Below the pieces are notes generated by a model. That model saw nothing but the letters and a program-made list of their open reading frames with translations, was not told the origin of the DNA and did not search any database. The position numbers and the translations under genes are program-made. From Octopus sinensis (Eukaryota): 64,000 nucleotides of DNA. Each line of letters starts with the position of its first letter. Positions within the stretch are counted from its first letter, which is position 1. Where the stretch lies: positions 71,982,001 through 72,046,000 of the forward strand of contig NC_043005.1 of the NCBI RefSeq assembly GCF_006345805.1, written 5' to 3'. This document shows, piece by piece, positions 54,673 through 64,000 of this stretch.

Positions 54673-55484
54673 TCTTCTTACAAATTCTGCCTACTAAATC
54701 CACAGACAAGGCTTTGGTTGAATTGGGGCTATAGAGGAAGAAAATTATCCAAAGTGCCATACAGTCGCTTTGCCATGCAGCTGAGAGGCAAACTTCTTAA
54801 CCACACAGCCAAGCCTGACAAATAACACATTTTAGTGTTTCTTAACATTTCTACAATTGTACTTGAGATAATTCATCATCTCATTTCCTTCAATGCTATC
54901 ATCGTCGTCGTCATCACCATAATAGTTGTAGCTTTCGTTATTTGTTATGTATGTAATTGAACATTAAACATAAATCTAATTAGGATTATCAATCAAGTGC
55001 TGAGATTTATTTTATAAAGTTTAGAAAGAAAAAAAAAACCAAAACAATAAGGAAAACAAAAAAAACCCAACAAATTGAGCAAAGAATTTGAAATATTTAT
55101 TTGTTGTCTTTGTTACATTCTTGTCTTTTACTCATTATTAAAATTGATTTCGATTTTAATGCTTTTTACAGTAACATCTTCATCACTTGTTAATTTTCTG
55201 TTATTGTTATGATGTGTAATAACTAAGAGTTAATAATTTGAGAAGAGAAAGCAGTAATTATTTTTTGAACATTTTCTTCGCTAATTTTTTGTATTTAATC
55301 GTTGGTTTTTTTCTTTCTTCTTACATTGATTTTTGTAAGCATCTATCTGAAATTAACTAAATCCTACCTTCTTTCGCTTAACCCCTTACATTTGAAAACC
55401 CAACAAATTAAGCACCAGATGCGTAACAATATACACTTGACACTCAAATGCAAACTGTTACATCCATTGAATGTTTGACATTAA

Positions 55485-55675
55485 CCCTTTAGCATTCAGA
55501 TTCCTCTGTCAAATGTAATGTTTATTTATTCACATTGTTTTGAATTAATCATGCATTACCTTGTAGTTATGAGATTTCAATGATGAGATTGTTACTTTTA
55601 GAATGCCATTGAACAGAACGCGTCAGGGGTCAGGTCTGGCCAGTTTTAACATAAAATAGGTAGAATATTTGGGCT
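55485..55675 (+). mobile_element. 3'-truncated TTAA MITE (CCCTTTAGCATT family)
   Basis: TTAA|CCCTTTAGCATTCAG start; right end missing. Confidence 0.6.
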
Positions 55676-55922
55676 AAGTTAAAAAGAGACGATGAGCGAT
55701 GGCTAGAAGTATATTGAGTTCTTCATAACCAGCTGATCTAGCAAGCGGGGCCTCATATCAGTGAGGGGGGTCCGGTGCGCATTGATGCCATCGAGAGGTA
55801 GGCCCCGAAATGGCGCGCATTCTCTCCTGATGACCCCATACACTTGCTAGCTTCCGGTATACGGAGCTTTTAACTGGTAGCACTTGCATGTGCAAGTTGT
55901 TTGCAAAACATCACTGGTTTAA

Positions 55923-56143
55923 CCCTTTCGTTAGTGTATTTATTTTGAGATGCTTTGTGTTTCTTTCAATTCCTTTAAATATAACAAAGAATTTAGTAAA
56001 ATAACTTCGTTATTATTAAGGTAGTATTAGGAACATAAATTGTGACTAAGGCTTGGTTGAAGATTTTAATTCAAAACTTATGAAAACAAGACATTTGTTT
56101 TACAAAGCCATAGCCGGTTTCAGCCGGGTTGGTAATGAAAGGG
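55923..56143 (+). mobile_element. piggyBac-like MITE, complete
   Basis: TTAA TSD on both sides; TIR CCCTTTCGTTA / TAATGAAAGGG (1 mismatch). Confidence 0.85.
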
Positions 56144-56289
56144 TTAAATGCCAAAGGGATCAAGTCATATTAGTTCATATTCATTCTGGTTCACCTTCGC
56201 TCGGAGCTTTGTCTGGTCGCGTCTGAATCTGTCGATAGCAGGAAGCAAAGAGAGAGAATAGCAGTCTTGCCTAGCTGCTGATGATGACT

Positions 56290-56352
56290 GCACATGCGCA
56301 TAAGGGACTTCCGGCAGGCCTATTGGAAGACACTAATCCTTGCACATGCGCA
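56290..56352. promoter_or_regulatory. Housekeeping-type promoter motif cluster (2x NRF1-like, ETS/GABP, CCAAT)
   Basis: GCACATGCGCA at 56290 and 56342, ACTTCCGG at 56307, ATTGG at 56322, in locally CpG-retaining DNA. Confidence 0.45.
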
Positions 56353-56375
56353 GATGAACATGTGATTATATCACC

Positions 56376-56575
56376 TGACTGGCCCACGTGCCGGTGGAAC
56401 GTAAAAGCACCCACTACACTCTTGAAGTGGTTGATGTTAGGAAGGGCATCCAGCTGTAGAAACTCTGCCAGATCAGATTGGAGCCTGGTGCAGCCCTCTG
56501 GTTCGCCAGTCCTCAGTCAAATCGTCCAACCCATGCTAGCATGGAAAGCAGACGTTAAACGATGATGATGATGAT
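56376..56575 (+). mobile_element. 3' half of a SINE with Meta-like central domain and (GAT)n tail
   Basis: GTTAGGAAGGGCATCCAGCTGTAGAAA block, CCAACCCATGCTAGCATGG end, (GAT)n; fragments also at 24600, 13320(-), 43640(-), 48110, 63600. Confidence 0.65.
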
Positions 56576-57232
56576 ATATCTATTGGATATCTAAGGTTAT
56601 GAATGTGTTGTCTTTCCTGGGTGGTTTCCAGATATTTCTGTACCATCTACTTGCAGATGGCCAACAATTCAAAGTATAATATCTCTTACATACTTAAAAA
56701 GAAACTAACGTAACAAGTATATTTAAAATTTAGATTAATGTAATTTCATTATAATTATTATCTTCATTATTAAGCAATGATCCTCATCATTGTTGAGCAC
56801 TGTGCATCACCATAGAATTTTTGATGGTAGAATATGAAAGTAGTTCCTTGTTGTTGCTGTCTTCCTTTGAATGTTTTTTTACAACATTTTTTGGTCATAG
56901 ATAATTCTGTGACAGACGGATAGACAGATACGTAGAAAGAAGTGGGGAGAAAGAGAGAGTAAGAGAGAGAAAAATTAACAATCCCAGTACTTGACCAGTA
57001 CTTGATTTAGCAACTTCAAGACAAAGGAATTGGCTTATTGACATTAATTGGATTTGAACTCATAGCATAGAAAACTGGAACATATAGTGCAAAGCACTCT
57101 ATCTATTGCCCTAATGACCCTGCCAATGCACTTATTATTATTATTATTATCATCCTCATCATCATATTTGCCATTTTAGCATTATTTATCAAAGCTGCAT
57201 CAGCTGCAGTGTATATAAGTATTTGTGTATAC

Positions 57233-57264
<32 letters not shown>

Positions 57265-57674
57265 CATTTACTTTCTCTTGCCCTCTCTCTTTGAGTGGGT
57301 GTGTGGGTGTGTACACATATATAAAACTGCTAAGTTTGCCTCAAAAGTTACTGGTCAACTTAAGGCTATAACAGAAGACACTTTCTCTTGATAAATGTGG
57401 TTAGTAATAGAACAGGGTCTTAATCTTACAAATGAGACATAGCTATAGATTACAGCTTCTAATGTTGTTATCACTTGTCATTCTGTAAAGTGGTTGGTGA
57501 ATGAATGGTGACAACACAGAGTAAAGCAGTTACTATAATTTTACTGAAAAACTGACAACATTTCGAATGCTGATGTTAGATAAGTGCACCTAATACACTC
57601 TGATAAATGGGTGGTATTAAAGACCTTCTGTTGTTGAATCCATGCCAAAAATGTGGAATGTACAAGGGAGACTG

Positions 57675-57984
57675 TGTGGAGGCACATGGCTTAGTGGTTA
57701 GAGCAGCGGACTTGCAGGTGAGGGATCGTGGATTCAAATCTCAGACCAGGCGATGTGTGTGTTTATGAGCGAAACACCTAAGCTCCACGTGGCTCCAGAA
57801 ATAGTAATGGCAAACTTCTGCTGACTCTTTCGCCACAACTTTCTTTCACTCTTTCCTCCTGCATCTTGCAGCTCACCTGCGATGGACTGGCGTCCTGTCC
57901 AGGTGGGGAATCTCTATGTCAAGGAAACTGGGAAACCAGCCCTTATTAGCCAGGCATGGCTCGAGAAGGAACAAATAAAAAAAA
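57675..57984 (+). mobile_element. Full-length tRNA-derived SINE with TGCGATGGACTGGCGTCCTGTCCAGG 3' block
   Basis: TGGCTTAGTGGTTAG A-box, GATTCAAATCTC B-box, A-rich tail. Confidence 0.75.
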
Positions 57985-59010
57985 GTGAGACTGTGACATG
58001 GTCTACGTGCATTCTTGGAGGGCAGTTACTCCAAATAAGTATACACTTTAGCTATGACAGTCTACCAAACAATAATCATGGTGTTGACTAGAGCCAATGA
58101 AAGTAGAGGCTCCATGTAGGTGCTTAATTGCAGAAAAATCTTATCCTGCTGTCTTAAGTAGCTAATTGACACATCAGATGATTCAATTTTAAATTCTGCT
58201 ACCATGAAGGGATGGTCACTGCTACAATGCTTTTACAATGTCAGTATGAAAATCTGGGAAGTGGACATAAAATGACGAGGAAAAATAATTTTTCTTGGTT
58301 ACCTTAATTATACCTTCTCTGATAATAGTACAATTAACTATTTGTACTAGATGTGTTACCTGCCCTGGAAAAATTACCCCTGTGCTTATTGTCTTTGAAG
58401 AGGTTGGCTGAAGCATTCATTCCATCTCGCTTTTTGCACTTGACACACATTCACTCACCTCTACTCTAACAATTCAATTATTTTTCCAGACTTACTCTCC
58501 ATTGTTAGCACAATGGAATATAATAATATAAGCAGTAACATAAACACAAAAAGTCGTAGCTGATGGTTATTTCTAGTTTCAGTAAAGCTCTCTGAATCTA
58601 TATATAAACCAACAACTAAACCTGAGAGATTCTGAAGACTGATATAAGCATTTTCAAAGTTGTTTCCAAACATTTTGGAATTGTTTTGACCTTTAACACA
58701 CTTCTTACCATGGGACTACTCAAATAGTAGACTTTTGCCACAAAGGATGTTTGGAATATTATATTTAAATACCTATGAACTTTTACTGGAGCTAAACTTG
58801 TAAAGTTTAACTTTTATATATAAATTGAATTTGTCACCAAAACACAGTATATGTATTGTGCAAATCTTATAAATTATCTAAATATGCTTAGCTCTCTCTC
58901 TCTCTCTCTCTCTCGCTATATATATGTATATATATATAGCTAGATAGATATGGATGGATAGATAGACAGATAGATAAACAGATAGATAGATAGATAGATA
59001 TATGAATATA

Positions 59011-59060
<50 letters not shown>

Positions 59061-59503
59061 TATATATATATATATGGATATATATATATATGGATATATG
59101 TATATATATGTGTGTATGTATGTATGTATATGCATATGTATGCATATATATATGTGTGTATACATGTGTGTATATATATGTATACGATGATGATATATAT
59201 ATATATATATTGCAAGGTAAACGGATGTCAAAGAATGATTATTATGATGGTGATGATGATGATGATGATGATAACGATGATGTGTGTGTACATATACACA
59301 CACTTTGGTTGAACGAGCAACAAAATATAAAAAAGTTAATACATGAGTATATATACTTCTGTATTTTTAACTGGCAGAAAGTTACAAAAGTAAAAATATA
59401 AAAGAGTATGTGTGTTTGAAGAGAATGAATATACATGTGTGTGTGTGTGAGTGTGTAAGGTAACAAACAAGGAAAAAATTCCTTATCTCTCTATTTAATT
59501 GAT

Positions 59504-59554
<51 letters not shown>

Positions 59555-61089
59555 ATATGTACACACACATACAGAGTTAGAGAGTCATATTGAAAGATTT
59601 GTGCAGAAATATAAATTTGGAATATATGTTTTAAAAGAGTTAGTGTAAATATATTACTGATATTTAGCTAACTGACCTCAGTAAAATATGATTATCCATT
59701 ATATATTATATAATTGAAAGAAATATTGATTTCTTACCAAGTGATTTGGTTATGTCTTGGTGTAGAGCTTAAGAATATAGCTAAGAGTGTATAAACCCAA
59801 TATATTACTGTTATTTTCTCAATCAATTACCCAAGGATTAATAATTAAAGTTTCCTAAAAGGATGTATATATATATATATAATTGATGTAGTATGGATTT
59901 TATTCAGGTGGGCAGCTCTTTGCAGTATCTGTAAATGTTTTAATTACTTTTTCCTCTATCAGAGGCATTAAATTCTTGTCTGAGTAGTTGACTGGCTGCA
60001 TGTGCCACTGATGAGACCCAAAAGGTTAGAATACATCTGATGTTCTCAATGGCTGCTGTTGGGATGAATTTTTATCTAACACAGCATATCTGTAGGAGAG
60101 GTTCCCTCAGGACAAAAACCACAAAAACTGGCTTTTCGACAGGGTACATATGTTAAATATGATCCAGAGAGGAATTTGAACTTAGGATTAAGAAGCGATC
60201 AAATTAAATGCCAAATCATATATTCTATCCCATTTTTCTATCAGCCATTCTCTCCATTACCCACATAAGACAAGGATATTATCAAGCCAACTATACACCA
60301 TCTGTGCAGTCACTCAACTTGCTAGAAATAGCAGACAAGTATGCCTCAAATTACACACTACTGTTTTAAAATTGAAAGGGTACAGTGTCTAACAGAGTCA
60401 ATTGTTTGTAATTAGTAAAAATAACAGGATGGTCATGGCTGGAATGCCTTTCATCATAGGGTCAATCTAAGATTAAATGTCATCAGGTTTACTCACATTT
60501 TATTACTGTAACTTATTTTATTAACTTCATTGTAATAATATTAATAATAATAATAATGATAATAATAATAATAATAATACTAATATTACTTATATTTAAA
60601 CAATTCCCCCTCCCTCCTACGCCTTTAAGAACATTAGCAAGTCAAATACAATTACTGTTGAAGAAGTATAAAGGCTAACAATATATGAAAATTTGCTTTA
60701 GAAATATATTTATAGTTCTGTCATATTAGGACTAGCGTTAATGGAAATTGGGTTTTCTAATCAATGTATTGAAAACGTCTATTAAAAGTTTCTGTCTGGC
60801 TTTACAAATTGGGTAATGTATTCATACCATTCTTCGAAAAGGATGCTTAGTTGGTTTCAAAATGTCTCCGACAATTGAAAAATATTCATTATTTTCAAAA
60901 TAGAAAACTCACAAAAGAAATTTGATTATGCGTGCTGAAATGTGATAAGGGGAAAGAACTCTATTAAGTTACTCTTGCTGCAGGAGATAAGTAGATCTGT
61001 TTAGTATGGAAGTTTTCAAAAACATGCCAGCTTAACAATTTCATTTTTTTTAAGCTTATCTTCTTCCTTTTAAAAAAAAGCAAAACAAA

Positions 61090-61303
61090 TACATATATAT
61101 AATATAGTATAACGTAATATATAATATGTACACACACACACACTCATATATATATATTATATATATAATAATATATATATATATAATATATATATATATA
61201 TATAATGTATATATACATATATATAATATATACATATACATACATATATATGTGTTTATATATATATATATGTATATATATATATGTGTGTATATATATA
61301 TAT

Positions 61304-61334
<31 letters not shown>

Positions 61335-61339
61335 GTATG

Positions 61340-61434
<95 letters not shown>

Positions 61435-61480
61435 TGTATATATATATATGTATATATATATATATAATATATATATATAT
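61090..61480. repeat. Long interrupted (TA)n array
   Basis: Direct reading. Confidence 0.95.
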
Positions 61481-62165
61481 GATGAAGTATTAAAACAAGA
61501 CAAAATACCAAACTGTCTTTCAAACATAATTTAAATCATATTCCAGGATATCGATTTTAATTTCATATCATGATAGTTAGAATCATAAGAAAATGTTCCA
61601 ATAAATTGCAACAGATAAATTAAATCAAAATTACTAAAATTACCAAAAAGTAAAAAAATAATTATAAAAAAATATAAAAAAGTAACCGCATGTACTAATG
61701 GATACTTTTGTTAGGCAGCCATGTATACATCCACTTAAATACACACACACACATGCGTGCATATACACACCTTGAAAAGAGAAGCAGTTTGGATAGCTAG
61801 TATAAACGTGTGTTTAAGTGTATGTGAGCGTACATATTACATGATAATTAAAGATGCACTAAGCAGGTTGTTTAGCATAAATATACAATGGAGAATCTTC
61901 TCTGTGAACAGTGCAAGCTTTAACCATTGCCTGCTTACGTGAACATTATTCAAAACATGTTAGTTAACACATTAATAATTAATCTGTTGACCTAACTGTT
62001 AATATGGTACTATTTATGCAAATGTGTTTTTCCAGTTGAGGGAAATCCTTGTTAGTTGTAATTGTGTGTATATTATCTGTTTGTGCAGAGAAAGTGGAAT
62101 AAAGCTTCAATGAAATATTGACCTAAATAAGACTGAAACTGGCCACACTATAGAGAGCTATATAG

Positions 62166-62220
<55 letters not shown>

Positions 62221-62228
<8 letters not shown>

Positions 62229-62340
62229 CTCGCCTTAGTGAAAGCGGAGGTATTGTTTTCAATTGTGTTTGTTTGTTTGACCATGGACAAGATATCTCAA
62301 GAACTGCTTGATGGATTTTGATGAAACTTTCAGGGATGTA
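62221..62340 (+). mobile_element. Helentron/DINE-1-like non-autonomous element, 5' end
   Basis: TTATTACCCTCGCC...GCGGAGG short inverted repeat, (GTTT)n, then GGATTTTGATGAAACTTT core. Confidence 0.5.
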
Positions 62341-62477
62341 TATAACACTCTTTATCTGCCAGAAAGAGTGCTAAAACAATTGGTTATATTTGTAATGTTT
62401 TCTGTGTAACTATCAAAATGGCTTACGTATATATTTCTTATGTAGAGTATAGATTGCTGTAAGTCTGTGTTCAGTTG

Positions 62478-62760
62478 CAGACTGGCCAGGATGCCAGCTT
62501 GCCTGATGGCAAGTGGGCCCTTGTGCCATTAGAATCCATATATGGGGGCCCATGTTAGTGTCTAAGGGGCCCATCCCCTTATGTTTGAGAATTTTTTTCT
62601 TCACTCCTGGAAGAATGCATGAATTATTTCAGTCTGGCTGTGTTTGTAGACATTTGAAAAGAATGCTTATAACAAAAAAGAAAAAAATTAAATGATAGCA
62701 TTGTAGTTGTGGGGGAGCCCCCTTAGTCTCCTGGCAACCAATATTTTTAGACCCAGTCTG
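62478..62760. mobile_element. Possible hAT-like MITE
   Basis: CAGACTGG ... CCAGTCTG 8-bp inverted ends and repeated GGGCCC motifs; no TSD found. Confidence 0.35.
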
Positions 62761-63118
62761 CCACTGTCTATATAATATGTTGGCATTGTATATTTTCTAA
62801 ATTATTTATTAAAGATATATAATTCACCATTTTACTTTGTGTTCTTTTAATATACTCTTGGGATTTTACGTGAAATTCTTTGAACCAAACTCCAAATTTA
62901 CAAAATGAACAGGAGTAGAACTCTAATAGTATGCTCTGCAAAGTTCCTAATGTTTCCTACTTGCCAATACAGTTAGCCAAGTTTGGATTACAAACTTAAA
63001 AAGTGCTTGTCTGTATTTTGAAATTCTTATTTCCTTGATATATATATATATATAATTATAAGCAGTAATAAATTTTAGAGCGAGATTTGGGTGGCAAATA
63101 TTCTTCATGATATATAGA

Positions 63119-63512
63119 TAGGCACATGAGTGCCTGTGTGGTAAGTAACTTGCTTACCAAACACATGGTTCCGGGTTCAGTCCCACTGCATGGCAGCTTG
63201 GGCAAGTGTCTTCTACTATAGCCTCAGGCTGACCAAAGCCTTTTGAGTGGATTTGGTAGACAGAAACTGAAAGAAGCCCGTCGTATATATGTATATGTAT
63301 ATATATATGTGTGTGTGGGGGGGTGTTTGTGTGTCTGTATTTGTCCCCCCAACTAATGCTGGAGTGTTTATATCCCCGTAACTTAGCGGTTCAGCAAAAG
63401 AGATCGATAGAATAAGTACTAGGCTTACAAAGAATAAGTCCTGGGGTTGATTTGCTCGACTAAAGGCGGTGCTCCAGCATGGCCACAGTCAAATGACTGA
63501 AACAAGTAAGAG
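63119..63512 (+). mobile_element. Dominant-family SINE, full length
   Basis: Colinear with 33571-33980. Confidence 0.85.
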
Positions 63513-64000
63513 AGTAATAAATAAATATATATATATATAGCTATCTGAGAATCCATAAGTCAGGAAAAATATATGTTCATATATTTCTTAATATATATAT
63601 ATCTGACCAACCCATGCTAGCATGGAACATGGGCATTATGATGATGATCTGCACATAGAAACAAGTATTTGTTTTATTTGAAGTTATGCATAAAATACAT
63701 GTTGCTTATATAGAATATAAGTTGTCGTAAATCTGCATTCATATACATAAGTACACGTAGAGGAACAAGTATTTGTTTTATATGCAGATATGCATTACAT
63801 TGTGTTTGTACATCATGAAAGCCTAAAACTATTCAGAAACAGTAATAGAAGATAGACATGTTTACACACACACTTTAGAGTTTGTATATATATATTTGTG
63901 TGCATATGTATGTTTTGTATACCTGTGTACCTATGTATGGACGTTAATGTCCTTAATTGTACAAGTAGTATCTAGTCATCAGTGATGCTTGTATTTACCA

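Noticed and set aside
60005-60040. CTGATGAGACC-CAAAA-GGTT hammerhead-like start
   Set aside because: GAAA core is absent (AGAA) and stem I is only 2 bp.

Overview
AT-rich eukaryotic DNA, very rich in microsatellites. The tRNA-derived SINE families resemble those I recall from octopus/cephalopod genomes, but this is recall, not a database match. Almost all long ORFs in the supplied track are microsatellite artefacts (poly-Y/I, H/T, C/V). The window holds five kinds of real content. (1) A probable large-intron plus-strand gene: a phase-compatible chain of nine short exons at 1689-16198 gives ~210 aa of continuous reading frame, with further candidate exons near 32.5 kb and 47-48 kb; I do not recognise the protein. 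(2) Many SINE copies of at least four tRNA-headed families. (3) Decayed LINE fragments (two RLE/R4-Dong-like, two RTE, one CR1). (4) Non-autonomous DNA elements (Helitron, Helentron-like, piggyBac-like TTAA MITEs, fold-backs). (5) A promoter-like motif cluster at ~56.3 kb. The most interesting signal is a fold-back element (14491-15006, second copy 26843-27062). Its unit reads tRNA-like head + (AAT)n + minimal type I hammerhead ribozyme + (TGTAAATAA)n tail. Each of the three hammerhead copies carries a different lesion, but their consensus is intact.
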